From positions 1-64,000 of the forward strand of contig MHLM01000012.1 of NCBI GenBank assembly GCA_001821395.1: a DNA stretch of 64,000 bases, in the 5' to 3' direction. Positions 1-9,201 of the stretch are shown here, piece by piece. Every line of letters begins with the position of its first letter. The first letter of the stretch is position 1. The stretch is from Candidatus Lloydbacteria bacterium RIFCSPHIGHO2_02_FULL_50_18. GTDB lineage: Bacteria; Patescibacteriota; Minisyncoccia; Phycocordibacterales; UBA6899. Both the position numbers and the translations under genes were made by a program. Below the pieces are notes generated by a model, which did not search any database, was not told the DNA's origin, and saw nothing but the letters and a program-made list of their open reading frames with translations.

Positions 1-121
1 GGTACGTGGAAAGATCGACGGCACCGGACAGCGGTCCAAGCGGGGCGAGGAGCGTGTAGGTGGGGGCGGCAGCGAGGGCGGAGAAAGGAAGCGTAAGGAG
101 CAAGGTTGCAAATTTTTTCAT
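1..121 (-). CDS. N-terminal fragment of a secreted protein; the gene continues beyond the window edge
   Basis: Minus-strand ATG at 121-119 reads MKKFATLLLTLPFSALAAAPTYTLL, a signal-peptide-like N-terminus. The ORF runs off the window start. Confidence 0.3.
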   Translation of the reverse strand, partial: MKKFATLLLTLPFSALAAAPTYTLLAPLGPLSGAVDLSTY

Positions 122-128
122 AGTGTTA

Positions 129-1499
129 TTATCGAATTGAACCTGCTGCATCTTTTTGTTCCTCAGGCGTTAGAGGGGGAAGTGTCTCGGAGACATTCAT
201 AGACCCAAGGTCTCCCGTGGGTTTCGGCAGCCGCATTGACCACAACGAATCATCTTCTTTGTTCACAAATATGAAGTGACGCCCACTCTTATCAATGAGC
301 GGCATGATAACATCGAAGTGTTTTTGGATGACCGATTCCGGATCCGCAATGAAGGTGATCTCCGTTGTATCGGTGTTCACCATCCAGAATGTATCACTCA
401 GACTAATGAGACCTTGATACCATTCATCAGGAAGTTTCGTTCCCGTTGAACCGACAAATGAACCGCAATAGAGCGTAGAGGGTAATACCCCCCATGCGCA
501 TTTCTCAGGAAGCGTCGCGAGTGGGATAAGTGCTTCGTGGTTCTCGACGCCCTCATGCGAGGAAAAACTTTTCTTTGTATACATTCCAAGGAATGGTGCA
601 TTTGCGACATTTTCGCCAAAGAGAATGCGACTCCCGACACTGTCTCCAAAAGTTGTGAGTCCATTCTTTTCTCGCACAATACGGGTAAGCGTTTTCTTGA
701 TCGGATCATACAAATAGGAATACCCGGCGATACCGGCAGATGGTTTTGTCGTGAGGAGAATAGTGCCATCGTCAAAAAGTTGAGGCAGCCATTCACTAAA
801 TGAGTTACGGAATACCTCCTTAGGGAAAAGCGTCGCATTGAGTGAGATGAGGGTGCCAGATACACCATCGGAAACAGGAAGCAGATAAAAAAGGCGAGTC
901 CCGTCAGGTGAAATGCTGACCGCACTGATATTGTCGGGAAGAAACTCCGTGCTACTGCGAATACTCCCCATACTTTCTTCATTGGTCGGAAGTTCAAGAT
1001 TTCCGAGATAGGTGACAATAACATCATTATTCAGCACACGTTTTAAGTAGCGCATGATGATCGTGTTGCCGTTGTTCCCAAAGAATGCCTCGTAGACACG
1101 AGGAATAGTCGTGTTGGTGATCTGACGGTCCGTTCCTGTTGACGGATCAACCTCATGGATATTCCCATTTTCTCGAAGCACGTAGCGTACATAGGTTATT
1201 CCGTCCCGAATCACGGTGGTAAATCCTGCAACGGACTCTTTCGACAATTGTCGGAACACTGGCTCTTCACCTGTGATTACCGGTGTCTCCTCGCTTCCTG
1301 TTGGAGTAATGTCTCCGATTATATCACTCACCGGTGTCTCCGGTAATACTTGTCCGAAGGGAAGGACTGCACCAACCTTTCTTGCGATAGAAGTATCCTT
1401 CCCAAGGGTGAGCAGTAGAACAAGAATGACCAGCAGAACGACGACGATTCCCGCAACGATCCATATCCACCACCTTTTGCGTTGTTCTTCTTGCTCCAT
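129..1499 (-). CDS. hypothetical membrane-anchored protein (N-terminal TM helix, large extracytoplasmic domain)
   Basis: 456-aa ORF. Its N-terminus WWIWIVAGIVVVLLVILVLLLTLG is a single TM anchor. No recognisable catalytic motif. Confidence 0.55.
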   Translation of the reverse strand: MEQEEQRKRWWIWIVAGIVVVLLVILVLLLTLGKDTSIARKVGAVLPFGQVLPETPVSDIIGDITPTGSEETPVITGEEPVFRQLSKESVAGFTTVIRDGITYVRYVLRENGNIHEVDPSTGTDRQITNTTIPRVYEAFFGNNGNTIIMRYLKRVLNNDVIVTYLGNLELPTNEESMGSIRSSTEFLPDNISAVSISPDGTRLFYLLPVSDGVSGTLISLNATLFPKEVFRNSFSEWLPQLFDDGTILLTTKPSAGIAGYSYLYDPIKKTLTRIVREKNGLTTFGDSVGSRILFGENVANAPFLGMYTKKSFSSHEGVENHEALIPLATLPEKCAWGVLPSTLYCGSFVGSTGTKLPDEWYQGLISLSDTFWMVNTDTTEITFIADPESVIQKHFDVIMPLIDKSGRHFIFVNKEDDSLWSMRLPKPTGDLGSMNVSETLPPLTPEEQKDAAGSIR

Positions 1500-1511
1500 A
1501 TGTTGATGAGA

Positions 1512-2501
1512 TTATTCTTGTGACGTAAATGATATAACTCCTTGAACTCTTGCATGCTGCAGAATACGTTTTGGATTTTGCACGTCGAGCGAGATCGTTT
1601 GTGATTCCAAATTTTTACCCGACCTCACGAGTGTCAGGTTCTGTGCGTCAACTTCTGATTGTCGATATTGATTGCCGACATTCCATTTATAGGAAAGTTC
1701 ACCATTGAGTAAGCCGTCAAGAGAAAAGAAATACGGCACAGCGCGTACAGTGAATTCCGTACCTGTCGTTTCCGTAGATTGTTTTAGTGCATGATGAAAG
1801 AGGGTGCCAAGAAGTGGTGCTTGCTCATAGAGTGTGACTTTTGGATCTGAAACAGGAATTGCGACGTATTTTGCCCCCTTCCACTCAGTCCCAGGAAGAC
1901 TTGTTTCGACATCGACGGGTACTGAGGACCCGGCATAACCAACGGGAATAACGATGCTGTTTCGTCCGATAGCTTCTCCCGCCCCCTTTATGCGGTCATA
2001 GGTCCATTTGTAATAGTATTCAGCAGGATTGCTTGTCAGGGTGTTGAATCTCGGGATCGCCGTTACCCGCACCATGCTTTTGTAGCTGGGGAGCGCTTTT
2101 CCTTTGTAGAATGGAGGTGTATATGTTTGAGCTTCCCAGAGAATGTCGACTTCTGCAGGGGCAATAACAAGCTGCTTATTAAGCGTCTGTCCTTCGGCGG
2201 TGAGAATGATTACGTCGATAATGGTCTGCTCTCCAAAGTCTCCCGTCCGAACAGTGATCGATTTTTCCGCCATGCCATTTTTGATTGGCTCTTTATTGAC
2301 ATACCAGGTGATATTTGCGGTACTGAGATTCACTGCGAAGGAATTCATGAGTACGAGGACGCTCTCGTTTGCGCCGGGTGTTTTTGGGGTCGTCGTGAAT
2401 TTCACGAGATCAAATCCTGCTGCAAATAGCGTTCCAGGAAAAGTTGTTAATGAGAAAATTATTCCAATGAGCAATAGTGCTCGTTTTGTACTAAGATACA
2501 T
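1512..2501 (-). CDS. hypothetical secreted protein
   Basis: 329-aa ORF with signal peptide MYLSTKRALLLIGIIFSLTTFPGTLFAAG. Confidence 0.55.
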   Translation of the reverse strand: MYLSTKRALLLIGIIFSLTTFPGTLFAAGFDLVKFTTTPKTPGANESVLVLMNSFAVNLSTANITWYVNKEPIKNGMAEKSITVRTGDFGEQTIIDVIILTAEGQTLNKQLVIAPAEVDILWEAQTYTPPFYKGKALPSYKSMVRVTAIPRFNTLTSNPAEYYYKWTYDRIKGAGEAIGRNSIVIPVGYAGSSVPVDVETSLPGTEWKGAKYVAIPVSDPKVTLYEQAPLLGTLFHHALKQSTETTGTEFTVRAVPYFFSLDGLLNGELSYKWNVGNQYRQSEVDAQNLTLVRSGKNLESQTISLDVQNPKRILQHARVQGVISFTSQE

Positions 2502-2642
2502 GGAATAATTTTACCTTATTTACCTCCAACCCTCAACTGAGTTATCAAGTACCGGTTGCTGTTTTCCTTGTGTTGTAAAGATCAATATTCTCCTCAACAG
2601 AGCTGGGGTGTATGTCGCGCGGATCAAGTCATTCAATCTGCA

Positions 2643-3089
2643 CTAAGTACTCGGAATAACGAGTCTCCCGGCACCAGAAATAACTTTTTTGGCAATGCCC
2701 ATTGCTCGTCCGACAAAGAAAGATGCAAAAAAGGCGATACTTGCGTCAGGGAGAAGATTAATGATGGGGATCATCCCCATAAGCGCACAAATACTGGTGA
2801 TCATAAATTTTGTCATGATCCCTCGACGTGAATAGAGGTGATAGATCATTGCGATGATTCCAACAGTAAGCGTCATAATCCCACCGAGAATCATGCAAGC
2901 GATAGAGATGGGAATACCGATGACCGTTGCCGCGGTCATTGCCTCAATGCCAGAAAGGAAGAGGTCGATAATGTCCTTAAGTATCATGATCCCTGCGACA
3001 AGCCAAAAAAAGAGCATATTTGTAGCTGCCTTCGCAGCAGATTCGCCGGAATTATCAGGTTTTGCTGTTTTTAGTGAAGATAGTGCCAT
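2643..3089 (-). CDS. small polytopic membrane protein; possible T4SS pilin / VirB2-VirB3-like subunit
   Basis: 148 aa with 3-4 hydrophobic helices. It sits immediately downstream of the VirB4-like ATPase in the same orientation. Confidence 0.45.
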   Translation of the reverse strand: MALSSLKTAKPDNSGESAAKAATNMLFFWLVAGIMILKDIIDLFLSGIEAMTAATVIGIPISIACMILGGIMTLTVGIIAMIYHLYSRRGIMTKFMITSICALMGMIPIINLLPDASIAFFASFFVGRAMGIAKKVISGAGRLVIPST

Positions 3090-3095
3090 TCTGTA

Positions 3096-4895
3096 TTATC
3101 CTTTAGCCTCCGCAAGCTCCTTTTTTGCCTTCGCTATTGCCAGCATTTGTGCCGGATCGGAGCTGACGATCTGGTCTTCGGTGTAAGAAGCGTAGACCTT
3201 GATAGCGACGTGCTTTAATCCTGCGAAGAAAAGTCCTTCCCCTACCCCTGACTCGAGTAAGAGATACTTTTCTTCATCAGTTAAATGGAACGTCTGCTGT
3301 ACAAGATCGATCGTCGTCGGTGATTGCTTGAGGAGTATTTGGATCGATGAGTTGGTGAGGATCGGAAGCCCATACGGAGAACGAAGGAAATCGTTGACGT
3401 CCTGGGTGATGGTCGCAATACCGAGGTAGTATTTACGACCGCGTTTCGCAAGACCAAAAAGGAATGATGCCGTATCCTCGGATTTCATCATCCACCACGC
3501 TTCATCAACAACGAGGAGGCGTTTGCGTATCTCCTTTCGTATCGCTGTCCAAATATGGTGCGTGACGATATAGACGGCGACTGGCTTCAACTCGTCCTCC
3601 ATGTTGCGGACAGAGAACACGGTGAAGCGCTTTGTGATATCCACATTCGTTGGCTGGTTCAAGAATCCCGACCAGGTTCCTCTCGTGTATTTCTCAAGGC
3701 GCTGAAGGAGCGACTCCGTTCCGTTCATTCCGGAGAGGACGATCTCGAAGTCCGACAGTAGTGGCGGCTCGATATCAGCAAAATTAATATCAGGCGTGAT
3801 ATCCTTGAGTGCGTATGTTTCTGAAATTGCACGGTCAATGATCGAGTCTTCCTCCGGAGTGAGTCCTCCGAGCATAATGCGGAACAGTCCGACGAGGAAG
3901 ATGATATTCGAGCGCAGCACGTCCGCACCGGACTCATCTTCGCGTGGGGCAGGAAGGTCGAACGGATTGATGTGATGTTCTGATGTCAGTGAGATATTAA
4001 AGTAGCGCCCTCCCGTCGCTTCCGCAAGAAATCCGTACTCTTGCTCAGGGTCGATAACGATCACATCCGCATCGAACATGAGTGTTCGGATGATCTCGAG
4101 TTTTGTTGAATAGGATTTTCCCGAACCTGAGACGGCAAATGTGACCGAATTGTAGTTCGGCATTGAGAATCGATCAAAAAGTACAAGCGAAGCATTGTGC
4201 CTGTTGATCCCCCAAAGAATTCCCTTGTCCGAGGTAAGGTCGAAGGAAACGAACGGGAATATCGACGAAAGTGGCGCAGAGTTCATCTTGTAGTGGACCT
4301 CAAGCTCGTCAGTCATGAGCGGGAGAACGCTGCGGTATGCTTGCTCTTGCTGGAAGATCGCCGGTTTTAAATATACGAGTTTCGCATCAAGGATCGACTT
4401 GAGCTCACTCTCTACTTTGTCGAGCTCGTTTCGATCGTTGGCATAGATCGTGATATAGACACCAACATCAAAAAGGCGCTCTTCCGCTTGTTGGAGCTTG
4501 TCACGCAGTCCCTCGAGGTCTTGGTATGCGATATCAAGCACCGGGTCACGGACAAACCCCTTGCGCTCACGTTCGTTGATCTGGCTCTGTACCTCAGCGA
4601 CCTTTTTCTGGAACGAACGGAGCGCGAGTTCTGTTTGCACGGGATGGATCATGATTGCGACATCGAACACTTTGTCGAGATTGATGATAGGAGTGAACCA
4701 ATCCTGCGACAAGAACCGAGGATAGGAGATCACGAACAACGTGCGTGCGATCTTGTCGCCGATAAAGATATCTTTTGGAGTGATGTCTACGGCGGCGGGA
4801 GCAAGAATATCCTTCATGTCGAGGTTTGTTGACTCGAATATATCAGAAGGAAGCACCCCGGTATTTAAATTTTCAAATCCTTTTTTTTCTGCCAT
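3096..4895 (-). CDS. virB4: VirB4/TrbE/CagE-family type IV secretion ATPase (ATPase domain portion)
   Basis: Walker A FAVSGSGKSYST and Walker B LLVVDEAWWMM, both typical of the VirB4 family. The N-terminal region TLFVISYPRFLSQDWF resembles the VirB4 central conserved block. Confidence 0.8.
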   Translation of the reverse strand: MAEKKGFENLNTGVLPSDIFESTNLDMKDILAPAAVDITPKDIFIGDKIARTLFVISYPRFLSQDWFTPIINLDKVFDVAIMIHPVQTELALRSFQKKVAEVQSQINERERKGFVRDPVLDIAYQDLEGLRDKLQQAEERLFDVGVYITIYANDRNELDKVESELKSILDAKLVYLKPAIFQQEQAYRSVLPLMTDELEVHYKMNSAPLSSIFPFVSFDLTSDKGILWGINRHNASLVLFDRFSMPNYNSVTFAVSGSGKSYSTKLEIIRTLMFDADVIVIDPEQEYGFLAEATGGRYFNISLTSEHHINPFDLPAPREDESGADVLRSNIIFLVGLFRIMLGGLTPEEDSIIDRAISETYALKDITPDINFADIEPPLLSDFEIVLSGMNGTESLLQRLEKYTRGTWSGFLNQPTNVDITKRFTVFSVRNMEDELKPVAVYIVTHHIWTAIRKEIRKRLLVVDEAWWMMKSEDTASFLFGLAKRGRKYYLGIATITQDVNDFLRSPYGLPILTNSSIQILLKQSPTTIDLVQQTFHLTDEEKYLLLESGVGEGLFFAGLKHVAIKVYASYTEDQIVSSDPAQMLAIAKAKKELAEAKG

Positions 4896-4900
4896 AGCGA

Positions 4901-5548
4901 TTACATGACTGAAGACTCAAGTTCTCCGGGATTAAATTTCTTGTAAAAAAGTTCGGTTATTTCTTCGGTTCCAAGTCGGATCGTGCGCAAGTCGCATCGG
5001 GAAAGACCTTGTTCGACGATTGATGCACGCTGCTCAAGCTGGACGCGTGCTTCCTCAAAGCTGTGTGTTTCTGCGGCGGTCAGTTTTTTGCTCGAGGCCT
5101 TCTTTCCGAAAATACCGGACAGGAGACCTCCTCCCCCGCTCCCCTTAGCAAGGCTCACTCCTCCCGAATATGGGATGATGATAAAAAAGTTCTTTGACAT
5201 GATATTCGTGCGGCTCGTGAAGTCTCTGACGAAGCTGATATATTCATGCACTTGAATCTTCATGGCATCAACGAGTTGTGCCCGTTCTCGTTCCTCAAGC
5301 ATCTTGAGGTATGGCCGGATGTCGAGACGCTTCGATTGGATGGAGATCTGAATAGGAAATTCGAGTGAGTTCAGGACATTTTGGAATTGCATCAGTATCG
5401 CGGCTTGCTCATCCCCAGATTTTAGTCCAAAGTTAAGGGATGAGGTCATCAGCATCATGCGGAGGTCGCCATTGTTGAGTACGATGACACCATTCCTGAT
5501 ATCACGAATGGGAACGAAATCTTGTGACGGTTTTCCTAATGTTGGCAT
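4901..5548 (-). CDS. VirB4 N-terminal-domain-like protein (apparent split VirB4); start assumed at MPTLGKP
   Basis: The segment IVLNNGDLRMMLMTSSLNFGLKSGDEQAAILMQFQNVLNSL matches the VirB4/TrbE N-terminal region pattern. It ends 5 nt before the ATPase ORF start. The two ORFs together are about 814 aa, the normal VirB4 length. Confidence 0.45.
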   Translation of the reverse strand: MPTLGKPSQDFVPIRDIRNGVIVLNNGDLRMMLMTSSLNFGLKSGDEQAAILMQFQNVLNSLEFPIQISIQSKRLDIRPYLKMLEERERAQLVDAMKIQVHEYISFVRDFTSRTNIMSKNFFIIIPYSGGVSLAKGSGGGGLLSGIFGKKASSKKLTAAETHSFEEARVQLEQRASIVEQGLSRCDLRTIRLGTEEITELFYKKFNPGELESSVM

Positions 5549-5562
5549 GCTGCAATTATAAC

Positions 5563-6009
5563 TTAAATAACGGCTGATTCCGAGCCTCGTTTCTCTATGA
5601 CCTTCGGTTTCGTGTCGATATCCATGGACCACGTAAGGTCACTCAGCTTATTTCCTGTTCCGGCGATCGGAAGTGACCCCACTTTGATTGTCGTTTGAAA
5701 ATTATTCAGATTGAGTTCGGTCGGCATGAGTGTTTTTTCTGATCTTTTCCACACGTAGCGACGCACATTTTTCATATAGTTAAATGCGGACTCGATCATG
5801 TTCGCAAACGGTTTTTTATTTGGGCGGTAGAATCCGAGTGCTCCCCCAAGACCAACGCACCCGAGAGCGAGGAACCAGCCGATAAATGGTATACGAGAGC
5901 ATATGTAGCCGAGACCGACACTGCCCGCGATGTAGAGAAACTGCTTGATCGTGAGCGGACCAATGACCTTATCTTCAACATCAAGAAATTGTGGTACCTG
6001 GAACTGCAT
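5563..6009 (-). CDS. PrgI/VirB3-like small T4SS membrane protein
   Basis: N-terminus MQFQVPQFLDVEDKVIGPLTIKQFLYIAGSVGLGYI followed by two TM helices, as in PrgI/TcpE-like proteins of monoderm conjugation systems. Start assumed at the internal Met. Confidence 0.5.
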   Translation of the reverse strand: MQFQVPQFLDVEDKVIGPLTIKQFLYIAGSVGLGYICSRIPFIGWFLALGCVGLGGALGFYRPNKKPFANMIESAFNYMKNVRRYVWKRSEKTLMPTELNLNNFQTTIKVGSLPIAGTGNKLSDLTWSMDIDTKPKVIEKRGSESAVI

Positions 6010-6105
6010 TATGGTTAGTTTACCTTTTTTTGTTTTAGGTGAACAGCGATCCGCCACTCACTGGGGAAGCACTAGCATTTCTTCCGCAAAGAGGCCTAGG
6101 AGTTT

Positions 6106-6750
6106 TTACCCTTCGGTCGTCTCCCTATAAGCATCTGGCTGTGTAGTCAGACTCGGTGCTTTTGTCTCGACAGGCTGAAAAGGAACAGTTGGCGTCGGTG
6201 GAGGGGGAACGACGAGCATGGGGTCCATGACCCGCTCCCTTGTCGGTGTCGGTATGGGGCTACTCATACGGAATGCGCCGCCAAGTTTTTGTTCGAATAT
6301 ACTCCCCACCGGCCTTGTCGGTGTCGGAGGTGTGGGGGTGACGATGATCGGTCGTTCTACGGTTGTTGTCGCCTGTGGTGCGCTCGCTGTCCCAGATCCG
6401 GAAATAGTTGACGGCGTGGTTTCAGTATATAGAGCGGTAAGAGAACCTTTGACACTGTTAAAGATATTTAAGTTGAGGTCCTGAGCAATAAGTGCTGCTT
6501 GTTCGCGAGATATCTTTAGCTCGTCTGTGAGCGCTATCACAAACTGCTGTGGCTGGGTGACGCCCATGAGGAGTAGACTGGATTGATGAGAGAGTGATTT
6601 TCGCTGCGCGGTACTGAGTACGAATTTTGTTGCGATCGCATCGTAGTACTCTGAAGTTTGCGGAGAAAAAATGACATCCTGAAGATCATCCGGCAGAGAG
6701 CGGTATATCGATAAAAGATCTTCTTTGGTATAAGTGTATGCCATGATCAC
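6106..6750 (-). CDS. hypothetical protein with Pro/Thr-rich C-terminal region
   Basis: 214 aa with PTPPTPTRP and PPPPTPTVP low-complexity linker-like stretches. It lies between the VirB6-like and PrgI-like genes. Confidence 0.45.
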   Translation of the reverse strand: MIMAYTYTKEDLLSIYRSLPDDLQDVIFSPQTSEYYDAIATKFVLSTAQRKSLSHQSSLLLMGVTQPQQFVIALTDELKISREQAALIAQDLNLNIFNSVKGSLTALYTETTPSTISGSGTASAPQATTTVERPIIVTPTPPTPTRPVGSIFEQKLGGAFRMSSPIPTPTRERVMDPMLVVPPPPTPTVPFQPVETKAPSLTTQPDAYRETTEG

Positions 6751-6753
6751 AGA

Positions 6754-9132
6754 TTAGCTCGCAAGCTTGTTTAGGTTGTCCTGGATCGATTTTTCACTTG
6801 CCTCTGCTGCATCGTGTGCTTTCTGCGCATCACCGATCTTTGTAGATATCCCCGTTGCTTTTGCCGCAGCAAGTCTCGCCTCTGTCTCTGCGCTTCTCAG
6901 TTTTGCTGCGCCGAGATCGATCTTCAGAGCGTCTCCACTCTTTGTTTTTGCAGCTCGAGCGATGTTGCGCTGGTAATTTTTCATATCACTTTCTTGGATG
7001 GTTCCCATTTCGAAAAGTGAAGATTTTCCTTCCGGAGAATTCATGTAGTTCACCACCTCTTCTCTCCCTCCGATTGCCACACTCTTAGTGAGCTTTTCTG
7101 TAACGCCTGCCTTGTAGCCGTCCTCGCTGACCGCCTTCCTCTGTATTGCATGAAGGTCTGCCTTCGTGAGATTACGTGCAAACGCGACACTTTCATAGTG
7201 GTCTTCTGCCAGCTTAGCTCGATCAATAGAAGTGAGGCCTTGCATTGCTTTCTTCATTTCTTCAGATACCTCCTTTGTTATTCGAATGACCTCATCATCA
7301 GCAGATTTGTTTATGGCGAGCTTCTCCTCATCTGTTTTGGCGTCTTTAATGGCAGCGGTGCGTTTCGTCTCGATATCGTTGATCCTTTCTTTTTCTGCTT
7401 TTGCGTGTTCCGCAATCTCCTCCTTGCTTTTTGCTAGGGCTATCCCCTTATTGAGCTCCTTTCGTGTCGCATCGTTACGCTTTGCGTCTGCGATGATCTC
7501 GCCAGGTTTGTTCGTAATATCTACCCCTCTTTGTTTTAAGTATGCTTGTTGCGCCGTCGGGTCATTTGGGAACCGTGCTTTTGCTGTGGCGATAAGCGCT
7601 TTCTCGTTTTCTGTGCCCACATAACCACCCACACCCTTATAAGAGAGAGAGCCCTCAGCGCCACCCGTTGTTGCATAACTCCTCTTGCTCCCAGCGCCTG
7701 TTTGAATCCCTACTGCTCCCAATGCGGCTCCGACACCAAGTCCTTTCATTGGCGCATTGCGTATGTCGTAGGTCCCCTTACTTGCTTTCTCTGCGGCGGC
7801 AAGTTTGAGGTTTGCGGAGCGGGCTGCAAACTTATCTCCTATCTTTGCGTCTTTCATACCACCCTTTGCAATAAGCTTATTTTGTTCAGCGACCCATTTT
7901 TCATTTTGGAGCTTACTCCTGCCCGCCCTACCCGCCGTTTGTCTCCCTACTGCTCCTGCGGCACCGAAACCGGCTGCGGCTCCATAGCCAAGGCCTCTCT
8001 TCGCCCACCTACTTCCACTGTCTCCCGCGCCCGCACTCACCGCATTTGCAACCGTGAGTGATGCGAGCAGCAGTATGATCATCAGTACGTAGTTGTAGAT
8101 GATTGGCAGACTACCAGGGTCTCCTGCGAGTGCGGCACCCCATTTTAATCCCTTGGCGCCGCCAAGAGTGTTGAGGTCAACACCGTTAATGATGATGATC
8201 ACGAGATAGAGCATCGCAAGGAATGCGGGCGCTACAAAGGCGTTGCCGATTAGTTTACTCAGCCATTTTTGGCTGAATCCGCCTCCCACAGGTAGGGCAA
8301 AAGAAAGAAAGGCAAATGGAGAAACGATCATCAGAAATATAAGGGTCACCGTGCGAATGATCATCATGATCGCTCCCGCGAGAAATACATATCCGGCAAC
8401 CAGCATAACGAGCGCACCGCCAATATAAATAAGGATACGATTTATGGGTTGTATGCCCGGAATCGTGTTTCCATCCTTATCTTTAAAGTCAGCGATCGAC
8501 TGGAGTTTTAACGCACCCAGGAGATGCTGTGCAGCAGAAGAATCTCCCGGCACTTTTCCCATCTCCATTTTTGACCAAAATCCCATAGCGAGCACGTTGC
8601 CGGCATCAATAACTACTTTTGTGGCAAAGAGGCTGAAATTGATCAGTATTGCGGCGAGGATCAGATTTGCAACCCAGCGTTTAGTGCTTGAGCCACCCAT
8701 GCCAAGAATCGTCTTGATGGCAATATAGAGTAGTGCAAAAATAAAGAACATATTTGAAAAGTCGCGCACCGTCGTCCAACCGACATTGATCACCTGGAGA
8801 CTCGAATACATATTGCTGTCGATAGTGGACTGAATTGCCATATCAAGCAAGAGGCCGCATCCCTCAAGAAACAAGCCGGCCGCCCAAAATATTGCCTGCG
8901 CGAGCATTTCCAGTAATGCGAGCGCAGCGTTCCCCGCCGCATCAAGTGCAGCTCCGCCAAAAAGCTTTGCTGCTACATACGACCCCCCCGCCCAGAGCGC
9001 CCAGGCAATTGGAAGAAATCCTCTAGAAGTACTATTGAAGCGATCTATCTTTTGGTTCTCTGCTGTGTCTGCCGAGTTCCGAAAAAGCGGTTTGAATTTT
9101 TTGTGTGCTATCGAGTAGTAATAAAGTTTCAT
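6754..9132 (-). CDS. VirB6/TrbL-like polytopic membrane protein with long hydrophilic Ala/Lys-rich C-terminal domain
   Basis: 792 aa. The N-terminal ~380 aa hold 6 or more TM helices separated by Gly-rich loops (TrbL/VirB6 architecture). The C-terminal half is charged and coiled-coil-like (KAEKERINDIETKRTAAIKDAK...). Confidence 0.55.
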   Translation of the reverse strand: MKLYYYSIAHKKFKPLFRNSADTAENQKIDRFNSTSRGFLPIAWALWAGGSYVAAKLFGGAALDAAGNAALALLEMLAQAIFWAAGLFLEGCGLLLDMAIQSTIDSNMYSSLQVINVGWTTVRDFSNMFFIFALLYIAIKTILGMGGSSTKRWVANLILAAILINFSLFATKVVIDAGNVLAMGFWSKMEMGKVPGDSSAAQHLLGALKLQSIADFKDKDGNTIPGIQPINRILIYIGGALVMLVAGYVFLAGAIMMIIRTVTLIFLMIVSPFAFLSFALPVGGGFSQKWLSKLIGNAFVAPAFLAMLYLVIIIINGVDLNTLGGAKGLKWGAALAGDPGSLPIIYNYVLMIILLLASLTVANAVSAGAGDSGSRWAKRGLGYGAAAGFGAAGAVGRQTAGRAGRSKLQNEKWVAEQNKLIAKGGMKDAKIGDKFAARSANLKLAAAEKASKGTYDIRNAPMKGLGVGAALGAVGIQTGAGSKRSYATTGGAEGSLSYKGVGGYVGTENEKALIATAKARFPNDPTAQQAYLKQRGVDITNKPGEIIADAKRNDATRKELNKGIALAKSKEEIAEHAKAEKERINDIETKRTAAIKDAKTDEEKLAINKSADDEVIRITKEVSEEMKKAMQGLTSIDRAKLAEDHYESVAFARNLTKADLHAIQRKAVSEDGYKAGVTEKLTKSVAIGGREEVVNYMNSPEGKSSLFEMGTIQESDMKNYQRNIARAAKTKSGDALKIDLGAAKLRSAETEARLAAAKATGISTKIGDAQKAHDAAEASEKSIQDNLNKLAS

Positions 9133-9201
9133 GTTGTGGGAATATGTGTGGCGAGATGGCTAGAGCGTGTTTTTTCCTCTTACAATTACATTGCACATAA
9201 A

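Noticed and set aside
398-1027. 209-aa ORF nested in 129-1499 in another frame
   Set aside because: Shadow ORF inside a longer ORF with a convincing TM-anchored product. No independent start signal.
7546-8061. 171-aa plus-strand ORF and other plus-strand ORFs between 6767 and 9026
   Set aside because: Antisense to the VirB6-like gene. Cys/Arg-rich low-complexity translations.
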